Assembly (NCBI GenBank): GCA_965648905.1
Contig: CBFGIT010000004.1
Location: 81,433-145,432 of the forward strand
DNA: 64,000 bases
Origin: a candidate division WOR-3 bacterium
Lineage (GTDB): Bacteria; Hydrothermota; Tepidihabitantia; Tepidihabitantales; Tepidihabitantaceae
Direction of reading: 5' to 3'
Made by a program: the position numbers and the translations under genes. Below are positions 25,688-34,643 of this stretch, piece after piece (position 1 is the stretch's first letter; each line of letters starts with the position of its first letter). Under the pieces are notes generated by a model. That model ran no database searches and was not told the DNA's origin. It saw only the letters and a program-made list of their open reading frames with translations.

Positions 25688-28600
25688 GTGACTAATGTGC
25701 TTTCTTTGGTCTTTCTCGTCGGTGCGGCCTGGTCAACACCGAGGTGGATTCCCTTGAGCGGAACCAACGAGCCGGTTCCGTCCCGCGTGACGATTGTCTC
25801 CAGCACCGGCACGCGCACGGAGTTTGAGGTGTTTGTGCCGGGCATCCTGGCGACACCGGTAGCGGTGTCCGGGGTCGAGTTCTTCCGGCTGTCTCTGCCC
25901 GGTGAGAATTTCGCCGTGCTCGAGCCGGGTCGGCCGGAGGTGCCCAAGGTTTCGGTACTGCTTGGGATTCCGAAAGGCGCGAACGTGTCGGTGCAGGTTC
26001 TTGAGCACGAGGTCAGCACCTTGCCGCTTGAGAGCGTCTACCCGCTTCAGCCGCCGCAACTCGACAACCAGCCGGCTCCGCCTTTCACAATTGACCGCTC
26101 GTTCTATTCCCGCGACGAGCAGTATCCGGGCAAGGACGCGGCCCTGATTGAGACCGGGGTCTGGCGCGACCTGGGCGTGGCGAATATCCAGGTGTACCCG
26201 GTCCAGGTCAACCCGGCACGCGGGGTGGTGCAGGTGGCGTCGCGTATCCGGGTGCGCGTGGAGCATGCGGGCATGATGCCGCGGACCGTCGCAGACTGGA
26301 TGATGCCGGTCTACTCTCACTACCTCGACAACTTCGCGCAACTGCGGGTCAAGCCCGAGACCGACTACACCGCGGGTGTGCGCTACCTGGTCGTCGCCCA
26401 TTCGAACTGGTCGTCGAACAGCCTGCTGGTGGACTCGCTTCTGGGCTGGGTGAAGAAGCGCGGCTATGACGTGCGGATGATATCGAAGTCAAGCTACACG
26501 GCCCAGGAAATCAAGGACTCGATTCGCGCCGAGTACAACCGGTACACGCCCAAGACGCTGCGCTGGGTCCTGCTGGTCGGCGAGTACTCTGAGGTGCCGA
26601 TGGGTTCGTATTCAGGGGTGGGAAGCTCGGATTTCTGGTACAAGGACCTGGAGCCGTGGCCGGCGGGTGACAACTACCCGGAAATCGGGCTGGCGCGTAT
26701 CTCGCCATCGTCGGCCAACGACCTGCAGAACCAGGTGCGCAAGATGCTCCTGTATCAGAAGAACCCTCCCGCGACCGGGAACTGGCTGGCCAACCTGACC
26801 ATGGTTGCCAACAGCGAGGACTATCCGGGCAAGTACTCGGGCTGCGTGCGCGGCATCTACTTCATGCCCAAGCCCTACTGGCAGCCGGTCCTCGACACCA
26901 TCATGGGCCGGTTCAAGAACAACAGCGACGTGACCAGCGCGATAAGTGCCGGAGTCGGCATCCTGCCCTATCGCGGTCATGGCAGTTCGACCTCATGGGC
27001 GGCGTGGTCAGGCTGGCCGCCGTCAGTGTCGTGGGTCAACGCCAATGTGGACGCGCTCTCAAACGGAGACCTGACCCCGGTGGTCTACAACATCGCCTGC
27101 GACTGTGGCAATCTGTCAGTAAGTGAGTGCTTGTCTGAGAAGTGGCTGCGCAAGTACCCGGGCGGCGGGGTGGCGAGTCTGGCCGCCTCGCAAGCGAGCT
27201 ACACCTACCCGAACCACGGTATCTGTTCGACCCTTGTGCGGGCGACCTGTGATACATGGACAATCACTGTGCCGGGCGTGCGCAACTACCCGAATCCGGT
27301 CTTCAATCTGGCCGACATTCACATGCGGCTGGATGCTTATGTTGCCAAGTACTGGCCGAGCGCGCCCTATCCCGACAACATCTACATGTACAACATGCTC
27401 GGCGACCCGGCAATGCCGGTCTGGGCCGGGGGCCAGCCCCAGACTCCGACCGTGACCCATCCGGCGACGATTCCGACCGGGCCGTATCCGCTGACCGTTA
27501 CCGTGCAGGTCGGTGGCCGGCCGGTTGAGGGCGCGCTGGTCTGTGCCTGGAAAGGAACGGAGTTCTACGTGGCCGAGCGGACCAATTCATCGGGCAGTGC
27601 CACGCTCGACGTGAATGCAGGGTCGAGCGGTACTGTGCTCATTACCGTATCTGAAGGTCATGCCCAGCATTCGACACCCGGTGTTACCCATACGCCGATA
27701 CTCCCATATGAGGGCACGGCAACAGTAGCGGTTACCCACGATGTTGGTTGCAGCCACATCGCCGCGCCGACCGGCACGGTCGACTCGGGTACCCTGGTGA
27801 CGCCGGCCTGTTCGGTCGCCAACTATGGCAGTTCGTCCGAGACCTATACGGTGCGCATGCGCATCGGTTCAAGCTACAACCAGACCGCAACCGTAACGAA
27901 TCATCCGGCCGGTACCAGACGTTATGTTACGTTCCCGTCGTGGACCGCACTCGTGCGCGGTACGAATGCGGTTTCGTGTTCGACCGAGCTTGCGGGCGAT
28001 GCGGGCCCGGCTAATGACCGAAAGCTCGATTCGGTGATTGTCCGGGTGCGGGACGTGGGCTGTCAGACCCTGGTCGCGCCGACCGGGACAATTGACTCAG
28101 GGAGCGTTGTCATTCCAGCCTGCACGGTCTACAACTATGGGTCGGGTACGGTGAGTTACAACGTTCGGATGCGGATTGGCACCGGGTACAACAACACCGC
28201 TGCGGTCACGGGCCATGCGGGCGGCACAGCTTTATACGTCACGTTCCCGGCCTGGACCGCGAGTCTGGGACGTGGGTCTTATGGGGTGTCGTGTTCGACC
28301 GAGCTTTCAGGCGATGTCGCACCGGGGAATGACCGACGCACCGGCACTGTGACGATTCGGGTACTCGATGCCGCAAGCGTGGCCCTGCTTGCGCCATCAG
28401 GCACGGTTGACTCGGGTGCGGTCGTAATCCCGGCCTGCTCGGTTGCCAACTACGGTACTCAGTCCGCAACCTACACCGTGCGGATGAGGATTGGAGCGAC
28501 TTATAACCAGGCTGTGACGGTGAACAATCAGGCGCCGGGCGCGAAGGGGTATTTGACGTTCCCGGCCTGGACCGCGGAGCAGTGCATTGTTTACGCGGTC

Positions 28601-31600
28601 TCGTGCTCGACCGAGCTCTCGGGCGACCTGGCCCAGGCAAACGACAAATTGACCGGTTCGGTTACGGTGCGGCCGCGGGACGTGGCCTGCACGCGCATCC
28701 TCGTACCGACCGGCACAATCGACTCGGGCACGACACTGGTTCCATCCTGCTCGGTTGAGAACTACAGCGGCGTGGCAGTGAGTTACACGGTCAGAATGAA
28801 GGTCGGTGCGTACAATCAGGCGGTGGCGGTGAATAACCACCTGGCCGGCACAAGGCGCTATGTCACGTTCCCGGCCTGGACCGCGAACCTCAGCCGGGGC
28901 AGCCATGTTGTCTCGTGCTCGACCGAGCTTGCCGGTGATGCCAATCCGGCCAATGACCGTGCCACTGCTCAGGTTGACATTCGCGTGCGCGACGTTGCCT
29001 GTCAGAACCTGCTTGCGCCTTCGGGCACGGTCGATTCCGGCAGTGTCCTGGTTCCGTCTTGTTCGACCTACAACCACGGCTCGGTGACCTCGAGTTATAC
29101 GGTGCGGATGCGGATTGGCTCCGGGTACTCAAGCCCGGTTACCGTGCTGAACCACCCGGCCGGTACGAGCCGGTTCATCACCTTCCCGAGCTGGACCGCG
29201 AACGAGCGGGGAACCCTGGCTGTGTCGTGTTCGACCGAGCTGGCCGGCGACCTGATTGAGGCGAACAACCGCCAGTCCGGCCAGGTCGTGGTGGTTGTGC
29301 GGGACGTGGGTTGTGTGGCGCTGGTTGCGCCATCTGGAGTCGTTGACTCGGGCACGACCGTGACTCCGGTCTGCACGGTGGCGAACTTCAGCACCACAGC
29401 CCAGACCTACTCGGTCCGGATGAGGATCGGTTCAGGATACAATCAGGCCGTGACCGTGACGAATCAGGCGCCGCTGACCCGTCAGCAGGTCACGTTCCCA
29501 AACTGGGCTGCGCATGACCGCGGCATGCTTGCCGTGTCATGCTCGACTGAGCTTTCCGGGGACGCCAATCCGGCGAACGACCGCAGAATCGGTTCGGTGG
29601 ACGTGCGCGTGCGGGATGTGGGCTGCGTCGTGTTGCTGGCACCAGTTGGAGTAATCGACTCGGGCACGAGCGTGACCCCGGCCTGCTCGGTTGCCAGCTT
29701 CGGTAACGGGCCGGAGACTTACACGGTCCGGATGAGGATCGGCACAGGGTACAACCAGACCACAACCGTGACCAATCATCCGGCCGGTACAAGGCGGCTG
29801 GTGACGTTTCCGGCCTGGACCGCGGTCGAGCGGGGCAGTCATGCGGTTTCGTGCTCGACCGAGCTTTCCGGCGATGTCAGGAATGAGAACGACCGCGCGG
29901 TCGGTTCGGTGGATGTGCGGGTGCGGGACGTGGGCTGCGTGGCCATTGTTGCGCCGAGCGGTCTGGTCGATTCCGGCGTCGCGGTCGCGCCGGTCTGCAC
30001 AGTTGCGAACCCGGGCACGACCACTGAGAGCTACTCAGTCCGGATGCGCATCGGCAGTCTGTATGACCGGACCGTTGCGGTCACTAACCACGCGCCTGAT
30101 ACCAGACTCGAGGTCGTGTTCCCAACCTGGACCGCCGGGCCGCGCGGCGGTCATACGGTGCGCTGCTCGACAATGCTGGATGGGGACCGGCAGCCGGGCA
30201 ACAACCGTTTGACCGGCGGGGTTGAAGTCGCGGTGCGCGATGTCGCAGCAACGGTCATCATCGCGCCGGTTGGAGCGGTCGACTCGGGCGAGCTGGTCGT
30301 ACCGGCCTGCACCGTGGCGAACTTCGGAACCACGGTTGAGTCGTATCTGGTCCGGATGAGAATCGGTACGGATTACGACCGGTCAGTTGCGGTCACAAAC
30401 CACGCGGCCGGGACACGGCTCGAAGTCTTGTTCCCAGACTGGTTCGCGCATCCTCGCGGCATGGTCGCGGTTTCCTGCTCGACCGAACTCGGCACTGACA
30501 TGGTGCAGACTAACGACCGCATCAGCGGGCAGGTCGGGGTTGCGACCGATGACGCGGCGGTTGTGGCCCTGCTGGCGCCGCCGGAAGCGGTGTTGCTCGG
30601 CTCGGTTACCAGGCCCAGGGCGTTGGTGGCGAACATGGGCAGCAGAACCGCGACATTCGGCGTTCGATTCACCATCGGGACCAGCTACGTTTCAGTACGA
30701 ACCGTAACCGACCTGGCCCGAGGCGACACAGTGACCGTGGAGTTTGACGAATGGCTGGCTGCCATGCCCGGACGGTTTGCGCTGAGCTGCTCGACCATGC
30801 TCTCGGGTGAGGACAATCCGGCCAACGACCGGCTCACCGGTCAGGTCCGGGTCAACTACCCCTGGCCGGCAGGCTGGCGTGAGGCAAGTTCGATGCCCGG
30901 ATTCCCGTCGAGCCGGCCGAGCGCTGACGGAGCCTGGTTGACGTATGATGCTGGCCAAGGCGCCATCTACGCGGCCAAAGGGAACAAGACCAGCGACTTC
31001 TTCTCTTACAACCCGGCGCGGGATTCCTGGGCCGTGCTCGCACCGGTGCCGGCTGGCACCGAAGCAAAGCCGCCTTCCAAAGGTTCGGCCGGATGTGCTG
31101 ACGGCAGCGGCACGGTCTATGCGACCAAGGGCAACAACACCCTGGGGTTCTACAGGTACATAGCAGCACGAGACTCGTGGCAGCAACTGGCTGACGTACC
31201 GCTCGGCTCCAGCCGCAAGAAAGTCAAGGGTGGAACCGACCTGGTCTGCCATGACGGCAGTGTCTACCTGCTCAAAGGCATCGGCAACGAGTTCTACCGC
31301 TATGACCCGGCGTACGACTCCTGGCAGACGCTCTCGGCGGCACCCGCAGCCCAGTACGACAAAGGCTCATGGCTGTGTCTGGATGACACTGCGGGCAGAA
31401 TCTACTGCCACCAGGCCAAGTACCACGGGTTCAATGCCTATGACATTGCGGCCAGGACCTGGGGTTCGACTTTGCCGGGCATGCCGCTCATCGGCCAGTC
31501 CGGCCGGTCCAAGAAGTCGAAAGATGGCGGTTCCGCAGCCTGGCTCGGCGGGTCTGTCTACGCGCTCAAGGGCGGTGGGACCCAGGAGTTCTGGCAGTTC

Positions 31601-32101
31601 AACCCGACAACCTCGGTCTGGGCTGAGCTGGAGACAATGCCACAGCTCGGCAGCTCGGGCCGTAAGAAGAAGGTCAAGGCTGGCGGCGACATCACGGCAA
31701 CCGGTGCGGGTCTGCTCTTTGCCCTGAAAGGCAACAAGACGAACGAGCTCTGGCGCTACGTCCCGAGCATCGCGCTCTGCAGTCCAGGCAATGCGCCTGA
31801 CGCTGCTCGAGGCGTGATGTGGGACAGGGGCCCAACCGGCAGTGCATCGGGCAGTGTGCACATCTCCCCCAATCCGCTGCGCCCCGGTTTCGCGACACTG
31901 AGGTTAGACGAACAGGTGGCCCAGGGTCCGGTCACGGTCAGCATCCTTGACGTCTCCGGTCGCTGCGTCCTCTATTCATCATTCGGCATTCGGGGTTCGT
32001 CGTTGCCGCTTGACCTGCGCGGTCTGAGCGCCGGAGTCTACACGGTCCATCTGACCGCGGGCAGATACTCGGCTACACAGAAACTCGTGCTTCAGCGCTG
32101 A
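25688..32101 (+). CDS. Gingipain-like C25 cysteine peptidase with propeptide, 10 Ig-like repeats, beta-propeller and T9SS-type CTD
   Basis: VYPLQP propeptide, VLLVGE, YRGHGS and IACDCG catalytic motifs, LGDPAM; KGNKT kelch-like repeats; C-terminal AGVYTVHL...TQKLVLQR. Confidence 0.9.
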   Translation: MTNVLSLVFLVGAAWSTPRWIPLSGTNEPVPSRVTIVSSTGTRTEFEVFVPGILATPVAVSGVEFFRLSLPGENFAVLEPGRPEVPKVSVLLGIPKGANVSVQVLEHEVSTLPLESVYPLQPPQLDNQPAPPFTIDRSFYSRDEQYPGKDAALIETGVWRDLGVANIQVYPVQVNPARGVVQVASRIRVRVEHAGMMPRTVADWMMPVYSHYLDNFAQLRVKPETDYTAGVRYLVVAHSNWSSNSLLVDSLLGWVKKRGYDVRMISKSSYTAQEIKDSIRAEYNRYTPKTLRWVLLVGEYSEVPMGSYSGVGSSDFWYKDLEPWPAGDNYPEIGLARISPSSANDLQNQVRKMLLYQKNPPATGNWLANLTMVANSEDYPGKYSGCVRGIYFMPKPYWQPVLDTIMGRFKNNSDVTSAISAGVGILPYRGHGSSTSWAAWSGWPPSVSWVNANVDALSNGDLTPVVYNIACDCGNLSVSECLSEKWLRKYPGGGVASLAASQASYTYPNHGICSTLVRATCDTWTITVPGVRNYPNPVFNLADIHMRLDAYVAKYWPSAPYPDNIYMYNMLGDPAMPVWAGGQPQTPTVTHPATIPTGPYPLTVTVQVGGRPVEGALVCAWKGTEFYVAERTNSSGSATLDVNAGSSGTVLITVSEGHAQHSTPGVTHTPILPYEGTATVAVTHDVGCSHIAAPTGTVDSGTLVTPACSVANYGSSSETYTVRMRIGSSYNQTATVTNHPAGTRRYVTFPSWTALVRGTNAVSCSTELAGDAGPANDRKLDSVIVRVRDVGCQTLVAPTGTIDSGSVVIPACTVYNYGSGTVSYNVRMRIGTGYNNTAAVTGHAGGTALYVTFPAWTASLGRGSYGVSCSTELSGDVAPGNDRRTGTVTIRVLDAASVALLAPSGTVDSGAVVIPACSVANYGTQSATYTVRMRIGATYNQAVTVNNQAPGAKGYLTFPAWTAEQCIVYAVSCSTELSGDLAQANDKLTGSVTVRPRDVACTRILVPTGTIDSGTTLVPSCSVENYSGVAVSYTVRMKVGAYNQAVAVNNHLAGTRRYVTFPAWTANLSRGSHVVSCSTELAGDANPANDRATAQVDIRVRDVACQNLLAPSGTVDSGSVLVPSCSTYNHGSVTSSYTVRMRIGSGYSSPVTVLNHPAGTSRFITFPSWTANERGTLAVSCSTELAGDLIEANNRQSGQVVVVVRDVGCVALVAPSGVVDSGTTVTPVCTVANFSTTAQTYSVRMRIGSGYNQAVTVTNQAPLTRQQVTFPNWAAHDRGMLAVSCSTELSGDANPANDRRIGSVDVRVRDVGCVVLLAPVGVIDSGTSVTPACSVASFGNGPETYTVRMRIGTGYNQTTTVTNHPAGTRRLVTFPAWTAVERGSHAVSCSTELSGDVRNENDRAVGSVDVRVRDVGCVAIVAPSGLVDSGVAVAPVCTVANPGTTTESYSVRMRIGSLYDRTVAVTNHAPDTRLEVVFPTWTAGPRGGHTVRCSTMLDGDRQPGNNRLTGGVEVAVRDVAATVIIAPVGAVDSGELVVPACTVANFGTTVESYLVRMRIGTDYDRSVAVTNHAAGTRLEVLFPDWFAHPRGMVAVSCSTELGTDMVQTNDRISGQVGVATDDAAVVALLAPPEAVLLGSVTRPRALVANMGSRTATFGVRFTIGTSYVSVRTVTDLARGDTVTVEFDEWLAAMPGRFALSCSTMLSGEDNPANDRLTGQVRVNYPWPAGWREASSMPGFPSSRPSADGAWLTYDAGQGAIYAAKGNKTSDFFSYNPARDSWAVLAPVPAGTEAKPPSKGSAGCADGSGTVYATKGNNTLGFYRYIAARDSWQQLADVPLGSSRKKVKGGTDLVCHDGSVYLLKGIGNEFYRYDPAYDSWQTLSAAPAAQYDKGSWLCLDDTAGRIYCHQAKYHGFNAYDIAARTWGSTLPGMPLIGQSGRSKKSKDGGSAAWLGGSVYALKGGGTQEFWQFNPTTSVWAELETMPQLGSSGRKKKVKAGGDITATGAGLLFALKGNKTNELWRYVPSIALCSPGNAPDAARGVMWDRGPTGSASGSVHISPNPLRPGFATLRLDEQVAQGPVTVSILDVSGRCVLYSSFGIRGSSLPLDLRGLSAGVYTVHLTAGRYSATQKLVLQR
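27737..30857 (+). repeat. Ten tandem ~312-bp coding repeats (~104-aa Ig/CARDB-like domains)
   Basis: Recurring (R)DVGC...APxGxVDSG...VRMRIG...FPxW...CSTEL.GD...ND. Confidence 0.9.
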
Positions 32102-32115
32102 CCTGGTCTTACTCG

Positions 32116-32152
32116 ACAGCCGGGGCGGCATCAGTGCCGCCCCGGCTGTTTT
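32116..32152 (+). terminator. Intrinsic terminator
   Basis: ACAGCCGGGGCGGCA-TCAG-TGCCGCCCCGGCTGT followed by TTT. Confidence 0.85.
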
Positions 32153-32379
32153 CGAGCGAGGTCTGGAACTGACGAAGTTTCAAGATGATAAGACAGGCAA
32201 CGGTCGGCAGCACAGCAGCTCCGAACGTGACCCGAAGACACGCACCATGTCCTTGAGTGCACACTGCCGGGCTTGCATTGCCGGAACAGGCTGCTACAAT
32301 ACAGTCTTTAGGTCTGACAATCAACATTTCCTCCGACAATCGAGATTAGCTCCGACCTAAAGGCAAGAGCCAACTAGAA

Positions 32380-32550
32380 GCTAGAAGGCAGAAGCTAGAA
32401 GGCAGAAATGCCGAGGAGCGCGAGGACGCGCGGGACAGTCCCAGAAACCCGCGGGAGATGACCGCGAAAGCGGGGACAGTCCCAAGGAGCGCGAGGACGC
32501 GCGGGACAGTCCCCGGTTTCGCTAGAAGGCAGAAGCTAGAAGGCAGAAAT
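32380..32550. repeat. Composite repeat: identical 30-bp heptamer direct repeats flanking three GGGACAGTCCC palindromes
   Basis: 32380-32409 equals 32521-32550; 29-bp direct repeat 32414-32442 equals 32485-32513. Confidence 0.85.
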
Positions 32551-32561
32551 AAGGAGCATTT

Positions 32562-32942
32562 GTGCCCAAAGTACTGATAGTTGACGACGACCCGGACATC
32601 GTTGATTCGGTCGGCCTTGTGCTCAAGGCCGAGGGTTACGGCGTGGCCGCCGCGACCAGCCGGGAAGAAGCGATGCGGGCCGTCGAGACCGAGAAGCCCG
32701 ACCTCATCATCCTCGACGTGATGATGGAGCAGCCGGACGATGGGTTTGTGGTTGCCCAGGACCTGCGCCACAAGGGCGTGAAAACGCCGATTATCATCCT
32801 GTCGTCAATCGGCCACGTGACCGGTTACAAGTACGGCAAGGATTCTGAGGTCGCACCGGTGGATGAGTTTGTGTCCAAGCCGATTGCACCAAAAGCCCTG
32901 CTGGCCAAGGTCCGGGCCCTCTTGGGCGGAAAGAAGTCTTGA
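32562..32942 (+). CDS. Single-domain response regulator (REC)
   Basis: KVLIVDDD, DLIILDVMM, IILSS, FVSKP. Confidence 0.92.
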   Translation: MPKVLIVDDDPDIVDSVGLVLKAEGYGVAAATSREEAMRAVETEKPDLIILDVMMEQPDDGFVVAQDLRHKGVKTPIIILSSIGHVTGYKYGKDSEVAPVDEFVSKPIAPKALLAKVRALLGGKKS

Positions 32943-33466
32943 GTATGCTCGCTACGGAAAGAGAATCGCTCCGCCGCGAGATTGCGGAGCTGGCCGAGAA
33001 GTACGAGCACAAGCGTGACGGCATGATGCCGATTCTGGAGGCGATTCAGGAGAAGTACCGCTACATCTCCGACTTCGCCATGCAGGAAGTCGCGCGTCAG
33101 CTTGGCGTGTTTCCGACCGAGGTCTACGGCATCGTGTCGTTCTACTCGTTCCTTTCAACCGAGCCCAAGGGTCGGTTTGTTATTCGGCTGTGCCGGACCC
33201 TGTCGTGTGAGTTTGCCGGCAAGAAAGAGGTCGCCCGCCAGTTGCAGAACGAGTTGGGCATCAGGTTCGGCGAGACCACCAAGGACCGGATGTTCACTCT
33301 GGAGTACTGCAATTGCCTTGGAATGTGCGACCACGGGCCGGCCATGCTTGTGAACAACGACGTCTATACCCAGGTTCATCCGGAGATGGTCTCGGAAATC
33401 ATCGACAAGTACCGCCGGACCTTCGGCCCGGCCCAGCAGCTTGCTGCCGGAGGGCATCATGAATAG
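32939..33466 (+). CDS. NuoE-like [2Fe-2S] subunit of hydrogenase (HydC)
   Basis: SFYSF, CRTLSC, CLGMC. Confidence 0.9.
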   Translation: MSMLATERESLRREIAELAEKYEHKRDGMMPILEAIQEKYRYISDFAMQEVARQLGVFPTEVYGIVSFYSFLSTEPKGRFVIRLCRTLSCEFAGKKEVARQLQNELGIRFGETTKDRMFTLEYCNCLGMCDHGPAMLVNNDVYTQVHPEMVSEIIDKYRRTFGPAQQLAAGGHHE

Positions 33467-34640
33467 TGTCGTGCACGTCATGGAACGGTACGAGGCCGGC
33501 TCAGGCCTGAAGCGGGCTCTGGCGATGTCGCGCCAGGACGTTATCCGCCAGGTGCGCGAGTCCGGGATTCGCGGTCGGGGCGGTGCCGGTTTTCCGACCG
33601 CGGTGAAGTGGAACCTCTGCGCCGCAGCTCAGTTCCACAAGAAGTTCCTGGTCTGCAATGCCGACGAGGGTGAGCCGGGCACGTTCAAGGACCGGTTGCT
33701 CCTGGCTGAGCGGACCGATGCCCTGCTTGACGGCATCACCATCGGCGGCTATGCCATCGGCGCAAAGCTCGGGGTCATCTACCTGCGGGCCGAGTACACC
33801 TATATGCGCGAAGGCCTGGAGGCGCGACTGGCTGAGCGGCGCGCAGCCGGGCTTCTGGGCAAGAAGGTGCTGGGCACGGACTTTGAGTTCGACATCGAAA
33901 TCAGGATGGGAGCCGGCGCCTATGTCTGCGGCGAGGAGACCGCTCTGATTGAGTCACTGGAAGGCAGCCGGGGCGAACCGCGCAACCGGCCGCCCTACCC
34001 GGTGAACACCGGACTGGTCGGAGCGCCGACCGCGGTGAACAACGTCGAGACTCTGATTGCCTGCGCCCATATCCTGGCCAAGGGGCCGGACTGGTTCCGT
34101 CGCCACGGGACCGATACCTCGACCGGGACCAAGCTCCTCTCGATTTCCGGTGACTGCCGTAAGCCGGGCGTCTACGAAGTCGCCTGGGGCATCACCGTGC
34201 GCGAGGTACTGAAACTGGTCGAAGGCCAGGGTGCCAAGGCGGTCCAGGTCGGCGGCGCGTCGGGCCGCACAGTTCCGGCCGCGCAGTTCGACCGCAAGCT
34301 CGGATTCGAAGACCTGGCAACCGGCGGCTCGGTGATTGTCATCGGGCCGCAGCGCGACATGCTCGACGTGGCCGAGAACTTCCTCGAGTTCTTTGTCGAG
34401 GAGTCGTGCGGCCAGTGCACGCCCTGCCGCGAAGGCAACCCCAAGCTGCTTGACGGCGTGCGTCTGCTCAAAGAAGGCCGGTGCTCAATCGGCTATCTGC
34501 GCGAGCTGCAGAACCTGGGCCGGACCATGCAGGTTGCCTCGAAATGCGGCCTGGGCCAGTCGAGTGCCAACGCCTTTCTCGACATCACTGAACATTTCCG
34601 GTCGGAAATCCTGGGCCGGGTGCCCGGCGGAAAGGAGTAG
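33459..34640 (+). CDS. NuoF-like FMN/NADH subunit (short HydB)
   Basis: GRGGAGFPT, NADEGEPGTFKDR, GAGAYVCGEETAL, ESCGQCTPCREG, SKCGLG. Confidence 0.92.
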   Translation: MNSVVHVMERYEAGSGLKRALAMSRQDVIRQVRESGIRGRGGAGFPTAVKWNLCAAAQFHKKFLVCNADEGEPGTFKDRLLLAERTDALLDGITIGGYAIGAKLGVIYLRAEYTYMREGLEARLAERRAAGLLGKKVLGTDFEFDIEIRMGAGAYVCGEETALIESLEGSRGEPRNRPPYPVNTGLVGAPTAVNNVETLIACAHILAKGPDWFRRHGTDTSTGTKLLSISGDCRKPGVYEVAWGITVREVLKLVEGQGAKAVQVGGASGRTVPAAQFDRKLGFEDLATGGSVIVIGPQRDMLDVAENFLEFFVEESCGQCTPCREGNPKLLDGVRLLKEGRCSIGYLRELQNLGRTMQVASKCGLGQSSANAFLDITEHFRSEILGRVPGGKE

Positions 34641-34643
34641 GAC

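Noticed and set aside
32380..32550. CRISPR array
   Set aside because: Only two copies of each repeat, irregular nesting, no unique spacers of constant length and no cas genes
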